Positions 1 through 10,733 are shown, numbered from the stretch's first letter. The stretch: 64,000 bases of DNA from Thermoplasmatales archaeon UBA447 (GCA_002503205.1 DARE01000053.1:17305-81304); one strand, 5' to 3'. The notes: a model not told the origin generated them from the letters alone. Translations and numbers: made by a program.

Positions 1-714
1 AGTGAGGTACTTTCCAGTAAGGAGCCCTTCAGCCAGAGGAACATATGCAAGAAGTGCCATATTGTTATCTCTGGCAATCCTGATTTTATCTTTCTCAACA
101 TCTCTGTCCAGAATGTTGTAGGACTCCTGCATTGAAACAAATGGTTCCCAACCATGTTCCCTGGTTATGTCAATCATCTGAACAGTCGAATCAGGTGGGT
201 GATTGCTTGTCCCAAGGTAATGCACCATTCCATGATGAACCAGATCGTTCAAAATGCTCATTGTTTCCGCAGGAGGAGTATTAGGGTCCTGCCAGTGGAT
301 CTGATACAGATCAATATAATCCAGCTCCAACCTGGACAGGCTCTGCTTTATTTGCCATGAAATATGTTTCCTTGAAAGCCCTCCTCCGTTGGGAAACAAA
401 GCAACTTCAGCACGAACCTTTGTAGCAACAACATAGGATTCCCTCTCTCCTCCTTTTAAATATTGCCCCAGGATTCTTTCGGCATTACCTGAGTGCTCAG
501 GATGAAGGTGTGTCTCGCTTATTGTCCCATGGTAGGTATTGGCAGTATCGAAAAAGTTGATTCCAAGATCAACGGCCTTCTTGAAGATTTTATCGGACTT
601 CTCCTTATCAACGTAGAATATACCACTATCGTCCTTCTTACTGGAAGGAGGAAGGTGCCATGTCCCAAGTGCGAACTGTGAAACCTGCATTCCTCCTAAG
701 TATCTATATTTCAT
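1..714 (-). CDS. Aldo/keto reductase (3' end truncated by window edge; not in ORF track)
   Basis: Manual translation from ATG 714: MKYRYLGGMQVSQFALGTW...GINFFDTANTY...; AKR N-terminal and DTAxxY motifs. Confidence 0.9.
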   Translation of the reverse strand, partial: MKYRYLGGMQVSQFALGTWHLPPSSKKDDSGIFYVDKEKSDKIFKKAVDLGINFFDTANTYHGTISETHLHPEHSGNAERILGQYLKGGERESYVVATKVRAEVALFPNGGGLSRKHISWQIKQSLSRLELDYIDLYQIHWQDPNTPPAETMSILNDLVHHGMVHYLGTSNHPPDSTVQMIDITREHGWEPFVSMQESYNILDRDVEKDKIRIARDNNMALLAYVPLAEGLLTGKYLT

Positions 715-866
715 CAATTAATATGGAACTATAAGTTATAAACATTTAACATTGGCCTTGCTTCTTCAATATTTTCCCGGAGCTCATAGCAGTGCAAGGT
801 GTTACATCTAAACAAATGAAAAAGATCTCAGAATACAATTGAAAACAGTGGATATCACCGCTGGGG

Positions 867-1472
867 TTAGATCTTAGGTATACCTATGAGAATCAGGTTA
901 TACTTCTCCTCTTCTTCATCCTTTTCTTTCACTTTTTTGTCATCCTTATAGAAATCATCAAAAGTTTCCCTGATCCTGTTAACCATATATTCGTAAGATT
1001 TCCTAGAGAGCCATGAGTTTGTAAAGAGAATCTGATCAAAGAACTGAGAATCGAAATCTCTTCGAACCTCGTCATTGCTCTTCATCTCAATCTTCCTGGC
1101 AATGATCTTCAGTCTAAGGATTTCACTGTTTATTCCAGATATGAGGTATTCCCGAAGTTCATCAGGAGATTTCTTGGTCATTAGATCCATCTGCTGCTTT
1201 TCAGAAAAATCATCAAGCAGTTTCGTGTTTGGATAATAATACTTTTCAACGTAGTTTTTTTTGACCACAACTTCTGGCTCTTTTAGAATTCCATCTTCAA
1301 CCATCTCCTTCAGGTTCTGATATATATTTGACCTGGAGGTACCTATTATCTTTGCCATCTGAGTGGCTGTCATTTTCCCATCCTGAAGCAATATTATGAG
1401 AATAGAAAGTTTGGATTGATTGCGGAATGACTCTATAAGCCTTTTTTTTCCGTACTCTGTATCTTCATTCAT
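867..1472 (-). CDS. ArsR-like winged-helix transcriptional regulator
   Basis: N-terminal HTH (MTATQMAKIIGTSRSNIYQNLKEM); divergent from an MFS gene. Confidence 0.75.
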   Translation of the reverse strand: MNEDTEYGKKRLIESFRNQSKLSILIILLQDGKMTATQMAKIIGTSRSNIYQNLKEMVEDGILKEPEVVVKKNYVEKYYYPNTKLLDDFSEKQQMDLMTKKSPDELREYLISGINSEILRLKIIARKIEMKSNDEVRRDFDSQFFDQILFTNSWLSRKSYEYMVNRIRETFDDFYKDDKKVKEKDEEEEKYNLILIGIPKI

Positions 1473-1501
1473 AAAGCAGAAATATATATATCTCTAATAA
1501 G

Positions 1502-1528
1502 ATTACGTATATGTAATACTTATATGTA
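1502..1528. promoter_or_regulatory. Putative operator: tandem imperfect palindromes TACGTATATGTA / TACTTATATGTA
   Basis: ATTACGTATATGTAAT (1502-1517) and a second copy (1517-1528) between the divergent regulator and MFS starts. Confidence 0.5.
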
Positions 1529-2771
1529 TACTGAAGAAGGACAGGTAAAAGACACAAAGATAGGGTTCAGCAACAGATTTTATATGCTCGTAGCTTCCGG
1601 TTCAGTCTCAAGAGCGGGGACAACCGCATTTTCAGTCTATATACTGTGGATTACACTAGCAATTACTGGGTCGGCCCTACTGGCGGGCCTTGCAGATGGA
1701 TTTTACACTTTTCCACTCATTTTCAGTTTCTACTTCGGTGCCCTTATAGACCGTAAGGTAAGGAAAAAGGGAATCATGGCCGGGGCTGGCCTGATGAGGG
1801 TAGGAGCCATCATGCTTGTACTGGCTGCAATTCTTATACATGAATTTTTACTTGTAATTCTGCTGATCTATTCAGGAGTAATAATTACAGGAATGATGTC
1901 AGATATACAGAATTCCATCAGATCGGCTTGGATCAAGGCATTTCTCAAAGAGGAGCAGTATCAGAGAGGTACATCATTCTTAAATGCTTTAACCTCAATT
2001 GCAGAGGGAATAGGTTTTGCTGTATCTGGAATAATGATTTACTTTGGATATATTGAGGCGGTAATCCTCCTTTCCTTAATATCGGTCATATCTCTAATAC
2101 CTGTGGTCCTGATAAAGGAGGATAGCATCGCAGCCTCAGATTCAGTAAAATGGAATGTCAGAAAAGACATGCTTGAGGCAGTTAGTTTCATCAGAAAGAG
2201 CAGGAGCCTATTGCAGCTCATAATCCTCATGATTTTCGCCAACTTTGTAATAGCAATGATCGGCATTGGCTTCACTTTCACGGTAGAAAAGGTACTTGAT
2301 GTATCTGCCTTTTACCTGAGCCTTATTTTCGTTGCTCTTTTCATAGGGATTGCCTCGGGTTCCATACCGGGAGGATCCATAAGAGGGACTCTTGGGCCAG
2401 TAGTTTCATCCTTACTGGGTGTAATTGGTGCGATTTTTATCATTGTGTCATATGTTGATAATGCACTTATCCTGGCCTCACTGGTATTTGGAATCGGCTT
2501 TTCAATAGGCATAATCAATTCTACAGTGCAGACGGTTCTTATAAGGAAGGTGCCTGTTACAATGATGGCCAGAATAATGGGTGCACTCAACACATTCGCA
2601 CTGTCAGCCACATTTCTTTCTGGAACAATCGCAGGAGCCATAATAGAATTTTTCACAATAAGGTCACTGTTTCTGATTATCGGGATTGCTTCGATTGTTG
2701 TTGCAGCCATGGTAATATTCATGAAAGATTTTTCAAGGGAGCGGATTGAGCATGTGACAGAGAATGCTTAG
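1524..2771 (+). CDS. MFS transporter (DHA3-like efflux)
   Basis: About 12 TM segments, GALIDRKVRK motif A. Confidence 0.85.
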   Translation: MYTEEGQVKDTKIGFSNRFYMLVASGSVSRAGTTAFSVYILWITLAITGSALLAGLADGFYTFPLIFSFYFGALIDRKVRKKGIMAGAGLMRVGAIMLVLAAILIHEFLLVILLIYSGVIITGMMSDIQNSIRSAWIKAFLKEEQYQRGTSFLNALTSIAEGIGFAVSGIMIYFGYIEAVILLSLISVISLIPVVLIKEDSIAASDSVKWNVRKDMLEAVSFIRKSRSLLQLIILMIFANFVIAMIGIGFTFTVEKVLDVSAFYLSLIFVALFIGIASGSIPGGSIRGTLGPVVSSLLGVIGAIFIIVSYVDNALILASLVFGIGFSIGIINSTVQTVLIRKVPVTMMARIMGALNTFALSATFLSGTIAGAIIEFFTIRSLFLIIGIASIVVAAMVIFMKDFSRERIEHVTENA

Positions 2772-3011
2772 AAAGTAGAAGATTGAATATTTGTTCTTTT
2801 AATTTTCTTATTATCTGAGTTAACAAGAATTCATGGCGATTCACCCATATCAGTAAACTTTACAGGGCCAGCGCGAAAACTAGTCCAGAAGTAACGTAAT
2901 TTAGCAGCAAAGCTGCAATTCCCTCATCAAATTGATGGGCTTGGAATGATGGTAATATGTGTATGGCGCCGATCATGAAAAACGAATTATGTTAGATGAT
3001 GATCCGGTTTC

Positions 3012-4313
3012 GTGAAACTGGCAGGGATGGATGGCAAACAATGGACCAGAATAATAGCTGCGTGGTCAGGCTGGTTGATGGATGGCTATGTATCCATTTC
3101 CTACGCGCTTGTCGCGGCAACCATCGCACCAATTATATTTGGCCCCACAAAGTATGCTCTGGTCGCAACTTTCCTTGGATTTGCTGTTACTTCCCTATCC
3201 CGTGTTTTAGGTTCGCTGTTCTTTGGGAATTTCCTTGGTGACAGGCTGGGCAGAAGAAAAATGCTCACAGTCACTGTATTTGGGTTTTCAATATTTGGTT
3301 TCAGCATTGGATTTGTTCCAACGTTTTCCCAGGTTGGATTGCTGGCACCGGTTATAATGTACCTTCTTCTATTCTTCGTGGGGTTCTTTGCAGGCGCGGA
3401 ATATGGGGGTGGAGCTGCTCTCGCATCAGAAAGTGCTCCGCCTTCAAAAAGGAATTTTGTTGGTGCGTTTGTTCAGAGCGGATACGGTGTGGGCTATTTC
3501 ATTGTCTCGCTGGTTTACAGCCTGATGAGTCTGCACTTTGGACAGAGCCTTTTCAATTCAACTGACTGGAGGTATCTGTTCTTCAGTGCAATAATTCCCG
3601 GAATGATATCTCTTGCTACACGTTTTGGTTCTCTTGATTCTTCTGTATTTACGGAGATGTCTGAGAAAAAGCAAATCTCTAAGCACCCGATCCTGGATCT
3701 CTTCAGGGAGTCTCCAAGGGCACTCGTTTTTGCAATATTCATAACTGCAGGAATTCTATACATTAACTCTGGAACCCTATCTTATTATCCTACTGTAATG
3801 CACGACTACCTTGATTTAAATGATTCGTCAATAGGTTATTTCATTGCACTCATTAACCTCATTTCCCTTTTTGGAGTATGGATAGGAGGTTTCATTTCCC
3901 TCAAGTTTCAGGCCAGAAAATTGTCCATGTTTTTCTATTCACTTATCTTTACAATATTCTTCTATCCTCTTCTGCTGCTGGGATATTCCCACAATGGTAC
4001 ATATATAATAATAGGATTTGGTTTCCAGTCTTTCCTTGAAGCCATAATTTTCGCCTCACTGCCGACTTTTCTTGCCGAGACATTCAGCAAGAAATACAGG
4101 TCAACTGCCGTGGGTTTTTCCTATAATATGGGGGCAGTAATAGGTGGCTTCGCCCCAACGATCATATCTGTATTCGAGATTACGTCTTTTTCAACCACTC
4201 CATGGGCTCTGAATCTCCTTGGAGGTTGTGCTATCCTGCTGTTCGGTGTGTTCATGTCCCGGGAAACCTGGAACCCGTCTTCTAACAAGAACACAGACGT
4301 TATAGCAAATTAG
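3012..4313 (+). CDS. MFS transporter (metabolite:H+ symporter/sialate-like)
   Basis: GDRLGRR motif A, GAEYGG, ESAP; start may be the ATG 15 nt downstream. Confidence 0.88.
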   Translation: MKLAGMDGKQWTRIIAAWSGWLMDGYVSISYALVAATIAPIIFGPTKYALVATFLGFAVTSLSRVLGSLFFGNFLGDRLGRRKMLTVTVFGFSIFGFSIGFVPTFSQVGLLAPVIMYLLLFFVGFFAGAEYGGGAALASESAPPSKRNFVGAFVQSGYGVGYFIVSLVYSLMSLHFGQSLFNSTDWRYLFFSAIIPGMISLATRFGSLDSSVFTEMSEKKQISKHPILDLFRESPRALVFAIFITAGILYINSGTLSYYPTVMHDYLDLNDSSIGYFIALINLISLFGVWIGGFISLKFQARKLSMFFYSLIFTIFFYPLLLLGYSHNGTYIIIGFGFQSFLEAIIFASLPTFLAETFSKKYRSTAVGFSYNMGAVIGGFAPTIISVFEITSFSTTPWALNLLGGCAILLFGVFMSRETWNPSSNKNTDVIAN

Positions 4314-4375
4314 ATTCTCGGCAGCAGGCATAGATTCTACTGCCGGATTTAATTACTTTCCTGACATTTACTACT

Positions 4376-4891
4376 ATGGGAGAAGAATATTTGAACAACG
4401 TAAATCTGAAATTGCTGAAGGAGACAGAATCAAAAGCAAAGGGCAATGGTAACTCTTTTCCAACAAAGAAAGTTATCACTGGCCGCCTGACCCTTAGGGG
4501 AAGCCCGGAATTTGAGGCCACAGTGGCTTCAAATCTGTCAAATTTCACTCTTCAGGCTGATGAGCCTCCCGCACTTGGAGGATCAGGGGTGAATCCAACA
4601 CCACTCACCTATCTGCTATTCGGCCTGGTTTCGTGCTTCACAACAACACTGGCAAACCAGTGTGCCATCTCAGGCATAAAGTTGGAAAAACTGGAAGTGA
4701 CAGGAACAATGAATTATGATCTGGGACCAGTGGTCACTGAATCGGATGCACCCATAGTAAAGGACGTTACTTTATCACTAAAGTCCGATAAAGACCTGAC
4801 TGAAATGATAAAGAAAGCAAGAAAACACTGTCCATCGCTTTTTGCCATAGAGAATCCCATCAAGACAACGATAGTTCAGGAAAAGTCCTGA
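4376..4891 (+). CDS. OsmC/Ohr family protein
   Basis: DEPPALGG..G.NP motif and two Cys (SCF, HCPS). Confidence 0.8.
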   Translation: MGEEYLNNVNLKLLKETESKAKGNGNSFPTKKVITGRLTLRGSPEFEATVASNLSNFTLQADEPPALGGSGVNPTPLTYLLFGLVSCFTTTLANQCAISGIKLEKLEVTGTMNYDLGPVVTESDAPIVKDVTLSLKSDKDLTEMIKKARKHCPSLFAIENPIKTTIVQEKS

Positions 4892-6004
4892 TTAATTGGC
4901 CATATTAAGGACATCCTCTATAATTGTCTCGGGATTTTCAATGCCAAGGGAGAGCCTGAAGAAATTTTCATCTACACCTATCTCCCTTAGTTCATCTTTT
5001 CCAAGTGACCTGTGGGACATTGTCATTGGATGGGATATGACGGTATTTACAGAGCCGAGGGTGTTGGCAGCTTCAATGTGTTTTAATTTCTTAAGAAGTT
5101 CATCATAGCTGCCTGAACCTTTCTTAACCCTGAAGGAAAGAACGGCTCCGAAGCCTTTTAAAATCCGAGACGCAATCCTGTGATCCGGATGTTCGGGGAG
5201 CCCAGGATATATTATTTCATCGAACACATTCATTTCAGAAAGCTTCTGAGCCAGAAATAGTGCATTTTTGTTTCCCTTATCAATTCTTAAGCCAAGGGTC
5301 TTAATCCCCCTAATGGCAAGGAATGCTGTATTTGGATCCATATTGGTGCCAAGTGTTCTTCTGAAAGCATCAATTCTGGATATCAGATCATCCCTGCCGC
5401 TGACAGATCCACCGATTATGTCGTTATGCCCGCCAATAAATTTTGATAGGCTGTGCAATGAAATATCTGCACCATAATCTAGCGGCTTAAGGTTAACTGG
5501 AGTGGCAAACGTTGAATCAACTATCAGCGTACCCCCCTTTTCATGTACAGCTTTAGATATTCTTTCAATGTCATAGACCCTGAGGGATGGATTTGATATG
5601 GCCTCCAGAAATACAAGTGAGCCATCCTCAAGGGATTTTAAAACATTTTCTGTTCCAGTTCCGCAGGTTTTTACCTTCACGCCCCACTCCCTGAGAAAGC
5701 CTGTGGCTATTGACCTGCTTCTGGCAAATAGATCCAGGGGCATAACAAGTTTTGATCCCGGTTTGAGGAGGGTGAGAAGGGAAGTTGATATTGCACCCAT
5801 TCCGGAGGAAAAGCATGTTGTGGATTCAGCCCCCTCCATTAGTGAAATTATTCTTCCAAGCTCTTCAACTGTCGGATTGTTCTCTCTTCCATACCTGTAT
5901 CTGTTCCCTTCAGGAAGCTTGAACGCACTGGATTGATAAATGGGAAAGGTAAGGCTGTACCGTGGTGGATCTACAGTTTCTTTTATATCTGTTTCATAGC
6001 TCAA
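4892..6004 (-). CDS. metB: Cystathionine gamma-synthase family PLP enzyme
   Basis: YGRENNPT, FSSGMGAI, SLSKFIGGHND (PLP lysine), RLSLGIE. Confidence 0.8.
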   Translation of the reverse strand: MSYETDIKETVDPPRYSLTFPIYQSSAFKLPEGNRYRYGRENNPTVEELGRIISLMEGAESTTCFSSGMGAISTSLLTLLKPGSKLVMPLDLFARSRSIATGFLREWGVKVKTCGTGTENVLKSLEDGSLVFLEAISNPSLRVYDIERISKAVHEKGGTLIVDSTFATPVNLKPLDYGADISLHSLSKFIGGHNDIIGGSVSGRDDLISRIDAFRRTLGTNMDPNTAFLAIRGIKTLGLRIDKGNKNALFLAQKLSEMNVFDEIIYPGLPEHPDHRIASRILKGFGAVLSFRVKKGSGSYDELLKKLKHIEAANTLGSVNTVISHPMTMSHRSLGKDELREIGVDENFFRLSLGIENPETIIEDVLNMAN

Positions 6005-6917
6005 TTCTTACACCTGGCCCCTGTTTTACTTCTTTAACGGAACATGATATTCCCAATGAATGAAACTTTTCCTTTATTCCTATCATGACTTTCTCAACAT
6101 ATTCCTGAGTACATACAAATAAGAGAGATGGTCCGGCCCCTGATATGCAGGCCCCAATAGCTCCAGATTTTATTGCAGCTGCTCTGACTGCATCATAGTA
6201 TCCAAGGATTCGCCCTCTTTCCGGTTCAAATATGAAGTCATTCATCCCAAGCCTGATCAATTCGCCATCACCGCTCTGAAAGCCAGTTAATAGGAACGCA
6301 AAGGATGAGGTATTCATAATATGCTTTTCACGTGTTATCGCATTCGGAATGATGGATCTCATTTTTTCCGTCTTTGAAGGCACGATCTGAACATGAGGCA
6401 AAGCAATAATAAATTTAAATTCTGGAGATATCTCAATCCTTTTTGACCGTATTCTGCCGTTGGAACCGACAATTACAAGGCCACCAAGAATTGAGGCAGC
6501 AACATTGTCATAATGTCTTCCCTCAATGGAGCCTGATTCCCCATATCCACTTAACATAATTTTTTCGTCTTTTGTGAGGTTCATTCCATATAATTGATCG
6601 AGGGCTGTTACTGTTGCTGCAGATGATGAGCCACTACCACCAAGCCCGGAAGACAAGGGTATGCCTTTTTCGATCTCAATTGAAACGCTGTCAGAAATTC
6701 TGAAGTTCCTTAAAAATTCCTGAGCTGCCCTGCCTGCTGAATTTAAGCCAGGTGAAGTTGGGGTATCATTTGAGATAATCCTCACGCCTGATTTGCCATT
6801 TCCAGTGACTGTTACTGTTACCCGGTCATATCCAAAATCATGGCAGAGTGCCAGAGTATCAAAGCCTGGTCCAAGATTTGCAGATGAGGAATACGAGATT
6901 GCTGTTATCCTTTCCAA
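5994..6917 (-). CDS. thrB: Homoserine kinase
   Basis: SSANLGPGFD, PLSSGLGGSGS GHMP motif, HYDNVA, SGAGPS. Confidence 0.93.
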   Translation of the reverse strand: MERITAISYSSSANLGPGFDTLALCHDFGYDRVTVTVTGNGKSGVRIISNDTPTSPGLNSAGRAAQEFLRNFRISDSVSIEIEKGIPLSSGLGGSGSSSAATVTALDQLYGMNLTKDEKIMLSGYGESGSIEGRHYDNVAASILGGLVIVGSNGRIRSKRIEISPEFKFIIALPHVQIVPSKTEKMRSIIPNAITREKHIMNTSSFAFLLTGFQSGDGELIRLGMNDFIFEPERGRILGYYDAVRAAAIKSGAIGACISGAGPSLLFVCTQEYVEKVMIGIKEKFHSLGISCSVKEVKQGPGVRIEL

Positions 6918-7001
6918 TCTGAAGGGATGATATTACTCTATTACTTTATTTGTGATTATAGTATTACTGATAATAATTTAATGTAATTAAAAATTATGAA
7001 A

Positions 7002-7088
7002 TTAATCGTAACCGCAGCCGCATTGAACAGCTTCCTCCTGGGAATCATGTTCAGCACCGCACATCTTGCAGTGGTGGTTTCCTTCCAT
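7002..7088 (-). CDS. 28-aa Cys/His-rich microprotein (putative zinc finger), not in ORF track
   Basis: MEGNHHCKMCGAEHDSQEEAVQCGCGYD; SD GAGGTGA about 8 nt upstream; TTTATAAA box near 7126-7133; GC-richer than AT-rich flanks. Confidence 0.7.
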   Translation of the reverse strand: MEGNHHCKMCGAEHDSQEEAVQCGCGYD

Positions 7089-7313
7089 GCTCTTATTCAC
7101 CTCTGAATGCTAATTATTCTCACTGTTTATAAAGCTTACGAATCTGTAATTCGACAATTATCGTAATAATATAGGCAGAAACAATAATTTACTGGTTATA
7201 GGAGTATATTCGCTGATTGACTAATTTACAGCGAATCGTTTTCTGTAATATTAAAATATTATTCTGAATTTAGGAAGCAATATTCCTTCAAATGCAATGG
7301 AATATGGGATTTT

Positions 7314-7880
7314 TTATCTACGGCAAATTTTAAGGAAGTTCTCAAACATTTCTGTTCCAAATTGGGTGTTCTGCACCTCAGGATGGAATTGCACCCCGTA
7401 TATGGGTCTGGAATTATGCTGAAAAGCTTGTATTCTACATGTTTTAGACGAACCGAATACTGAGAAATAGTCAGGGAGTTCCTTCACTTCGTCATTGTGG
7501 TTTTCCCAGGCGATTATTCTCTCACTTATTCCATCGATTAGGGGTGACTTCCCTGAGAAGGAAATTTCTGCCTTTCCAAATTCAGGATGAGCACCAGGGC
7601 CAACTTTCCCTCCAAAATTAAGTGCAATGAATTGTGCCCCAACACAGATTCCAAAAACAGGGAAATTATGATCCTCTATGTATGATTTTATATTCCCCAG
7701 TTTGGGGATCTCAGATACTATGCTTGGAGCTCCCCCTGAAAGAACAATACCGTCAGCATTGCTCAGGGACTCCGAAGGAGAGGTATTTGGGATAATTGAA
7801 ACATCAACCCCGAGATCTCTCAGGACCCTGTATTCACGGTGTGTCCACTGTCCACCGTTGTCAACAACGTAAATCTGCAT
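7314..7880 (-). CDS. guaAA: GMP synthase, glutamine amidotransferase subunit A
   Basis: VVDNGGQWTHR, GICVG, QFHPE triad. Confidence 0.92.
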   Translation of the reverse strand: MQIYVVDNGGQWTHREYRVLRDLGVDVSIIPNTSPSESLSNADGIVLSGGAPSIVSEIPKLGNIKSYIEDHNFPVFGICVGAQFIALNFGGKVGPGAHPEFGKAEISFSGKSPLIDGISERIIAWENHNDEVKELPDYFSVFGSSKTCRIQAFQHNSRPIYGVQFHPEVQNTQFGTEMFENFLKICRR

Positions 7881-7884
7881 GGAT

Positions 7885-8820
7885 TTATTCCATTCCAGGA
7901 ATTCCCAGTGATTTGCTTATCTCCTTGTACCTATTCCTAATTGTAACCTCGGTAACGCCTGACACTCTCGCTATTTCTTTTTGTGTCCTGGGCTTTCCTA
8001 CCATTACGGATGCTATGTAGATTGAAGCTGCTGCCACTCCAGTTGGCCCCTTTCCTGAAGATATGCCAAGTTCTATTGACTTCCTTACAATATCTTCACT
8101 CACAATAATGGCCTGTTTATCCAGGTCGAGCTTACTGCAAAACTGGGCGACATAGGAATACGGTGTTGTGGGCTTAAGGTTCAGGCTCAATTCCTTTGCC
8201 AGATGTCTGTATGCCTTTCCAATTTTTTTCTTATTTACTTCTGAAGCCTTAGAAATTTCGTCAAGAGTTCTTGGAAGGTTAACCATACGGCATGCTGCAT
8301 AAATTGAAGCGCAGACAATGCTTTCAATGCTTCTCCCCCTGATAAGGTTCTTTTCAACGGCTCTTCTGTAAATAAGGGCCGCTGTCTCTTTTATGTCTTT
8401 TGGAATTCCAAGCTTTGCTCCGTTATCGTTTAGCATCTGAAGTGCCAGAGATAAATTTCTCTCTGCAGCATTGCTTACACGAATTCTCTGGTGCCATTTT
8501 CTAACCCTATAAATCTGAGCTCTGTTCTTATGCGGTATCCGCTTGCCATAATAATCCTTATTTGACCAGGAAATTTCGGTTGCAAGTCCCTTGTCATGGC
8601 TCAAAAAAGTCATTGGTGAACCGGTCCTGGCTCTTCTGTCATCCTGTTCAGAATCAAACGCACGCCACTCAGGTCCCTGGTCTATAAATGAATCCTCCAG
8701 AACCATACCACAGTCGTTACATATCAGTTCTCCTCTTTCATAATCCCTAATCAAATGTTCTGAGCTGCACTCAGGGCATTTCTTAGTAATGTCATGATCA
8801 ATATTTGGAGCCATTATCAC
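7885..8820 (-). CDS. tfb: Transcription initiation factor IIB (TFB paralogue 1)
   Basis: CPEC..CNDC zinc ribbon, GPEWRAF B-reader, two cyclin repeats, [11 protein letters not shown]. Confidence 0.97.
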   Translation of the reverse strand: MIMAPNIDHDITKKCPECSSEHLIRDYERGELICNDCGMVLEDSFIDQGPEWRAFDSEQDDRRARTGSPMTFLSHDKGLATEISWSNKDYYGKRIPHKNRAQIYRVRKWHQRIRVSNAAERNLSLALQMLNDNGAKLGIPKDIKETAALIYRRAVEKNLIRGRSIESIVCASIYAACRMVNLPRTLDEISKASEVNKKKIGKAYRHLAKELSLNLKPTTPYSYVAQFCSKLDLDKQAIIVSEDIVRKSIELGISSGKGPTGVAAASIYIASVMVGKPRTQKEIARVSGVTEVTIRNRYKEISKSLGIPGME

Positions 8821-9277
8821 ACCTATTAGTTTTAAGTACCCACATCTTTATCTATATTAAATCTTTTCGGAAAAATCAACAATTTGTGCAGGACGTTCTA
8901 TTCTTAATTGAGCATATTATTGATCTTAAACAGATCTAATGGATTTCCTGTTCTGATGGCTGATATCATAAGTTGAACAAATATTCGTAATTTACTTTTG
9001 TTAAAGTAAAGTTTACAAACAAATAAATAGCCAGATTCACATATTAAGCATGTTTGAGGAGAATACAGGAAGATATTACTGTATAACCACTCAATAATGA
9101 GTAAATAATGGCATTTTCTGCACTTTATCTCATTTGAAAAGATTAGTAAACCCCTGAATTTACTAATTCGAAAAAAGGTGCTAAGGTATTCAATCAGGAG
9201 TACCAAAGTTTTAATACGGTGATAATTTGAATTAATACTTTTGCGTTAACTTTATATATTTTACTACGATACATGAT

Positions 9278-9502
9278 ATGATGAAAGTTCCCGCTAAAAT
9301 AGAACAGAGGCTTGACAATCAGATAATAGTGAAGATGGAAGGCTGCCCGAAGCTAAAATCGAGGGTACTGGACGAATCGGGCAGGAACATTGGAAAACTC
9401 ATAAGAATCTTCGGCCCGGTAAAATCCCCATATGGTCTAGTGGCAGTCACAGGTCAGTTGGAGGGCGGGAATAATCTGTTCATCGAATATAAGGAGGTGT
9501 AA
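9278..9502 (+). CDS. gar1: H/ACA RNP protein Gar1/Naf1
   Basis: [15 protein letters not shown] motif; the usual gar1-tfb adjacency. Confidence 0.85.
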   Translation: MMKVPAKIEQRLDNQIIVKMEGCPKLKSRVLDESGRNIGKLIRIFGPVKSPYGLVAVTGQLEGGNNLFIEYKEV

Positions 9503-9504
9503 GC

Positions 9505-10467
9505 ATGACTGGTGAAATTGAGAAGAATGAAAAGAAGAAGAATATTGAAGAAATTGATAAATGCCCGGAATGTAGCTCCACACAGTTAGTAAGAGACTAC
9601 GAGAGGGGTGAATTAATATGCAACAATTGCGGCCTTGTAATCGATGACAGCTTCATAGATCAGGGCCCAGAATGGAGGGCATTTGACTCGGAGCAGTCAG
9701 AATCAAGAGCAAGAACCGGATCTCCAATGACTTTCACAATTCATGACAAAGGTTTGTCAACCGACATATCATGGAAAAACAAAGATTCCTATGGAAAGTC
9801 CATTCCAACAAGGAACAGGGCACAACTTTACAGACTCAGGAAATGGCAGAAGAGAATCAAGGTATCAAACGCGGCTGAAAGAAACCTATCCCAGGCTCTT
9901 CAGGAACTGGAGAGGATGGCATCAAACCTGAGCATACCCAATGATGTAAGGGAAACTGCAGCAGTCATTTACAGAAAGGCTGTAAAGCAGAACATGATAC
10001 GTGGGAGAAGCATCGAAGGTGTGGTTGCCGGATCCATATATGCTGCCTGCAGAATAACTAACGTACCCAGGACACTTGATGAAATAGCTTCAGTCACAAG
10101 GGTCAAGAAGAAGGAGATCGGAAGGACATACAGGATAATGAGCAGATTCCTCAAACTGAACATTATGCCATCGAAACCTGATGACTATGTGAACAGATTC
10201 TGCAGTAAGCTGAAGCTCTCGATGGAGGCAAGAAAAAGGGCCACAGAGATACTGAAGATGGCTCAAGAACACGATCTGACTTCAGGTAAGGGTCCCACAG
10301 GGGTTGCTGCCGCAGCAATATATATCGCATCTCTTCTAACAGAGGAGAGACGGACCCAGAGGTCTGTGGCAGAAGTGGCCGGAGTAACAGAGGTAACCAT
10401 AAGGAACAGATACAAGGAACTTACGGAGAAACTTTCATTGAAGATGGAAGGGGAGCCTTCGCTATAA
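9505..10467 (+). CDS. tfb: Transcription initiation factor IIB (TFB paralogue 2)
   Basis: CPEC..CNNC ribbon, GPEWRAF, cyclin repeats; SD GGAGGTG. Confidence 0.97.
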   Translation: MTGEIEKNEKKKNIEEIDKCPECSSTQLVRDYERGELICNNCGLVIDDSFIDQGPEWRAFDSEQSESRARTGSPMTFTIHDKGLSTDISWKNKDSYGKSIPTRNRAQLYRLRKWQKRIKVSNAAERNLSQALQELERMASNLSIPNDVRETAAVIYRKAVKQNMIRGRSIEGVVAGSIYAACRITNVPRTLDEIASVTRVKKKEIGRTYRIMSRFLKLNIMPSKPDDYVNRFCSKLKLSMEARKRATEILKMAQEHDLTSGKGPTGVAAAAIYIASLLTEERRTQRSVAEVAGVTEVTIRNRYKELTEKLSLKMEGEPSL

Positions 10468-10683
10468 TTCCCCCATTAATTTTTTTGAAATCTCATAACA
10501 TCTGAGAATGTCCTCGGAAAGATTGTATATAGATGATATTTTTAGATTTTTAACATCAACTGTCATTATGCCGTCTGTCACAGATACAGCAATGTCATCG
10601 TTATTGTCCGGGACCAATGAGGACGCTGCATTCTTCAGTACTTCCTCCTCATCACTTATCGTTATTCTGAGTGATATTCCCAC
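10462..10683 (-). CDS. pcc1: KEOPS complex subunit Pcc1-like
   Basis: 73 aa; beta-alpha(SLVPD)-beta-beta-alpha pattern typical of Pcc1. Confidence 0.6.
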   Translation of the reverse strand: MGISLRITISDEEEVLKNAASSLVPDNNDDIAVSVTDGIMTVDVKNLKISSIYNLSEDILRCYEISKKLMGEL

Positions 10684-10733
10684 ATCATGAATATGGGAAA
10701 GTGAAATAAATTAATTCCCCATCAGGTTTGGAA

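Noticed and set aside
154-681. Plus-strand ORFs 154-360 and 493-681, and the many other short antisense ORFs in the track
   Set aside because: They are shadows of well-supported genes on the opposite strand
2810-3030. TPP riboswitch before the MFS gene (TGATCCGG...GGCAGGGA; hairpin over the GTG)
   Set aside because: No properly placed CUGAGA or P2/P3 elements, and the segment runs into coding sequence
8904-9206. 100-aa ORF between the tfb genes
   Set aside because: AT-rich, TTG start, atypical composition; probably spurious
8821-9277. Replication origin
   Set aside because: No recognisable ORB repeats and no adjacent cdc6/orc1
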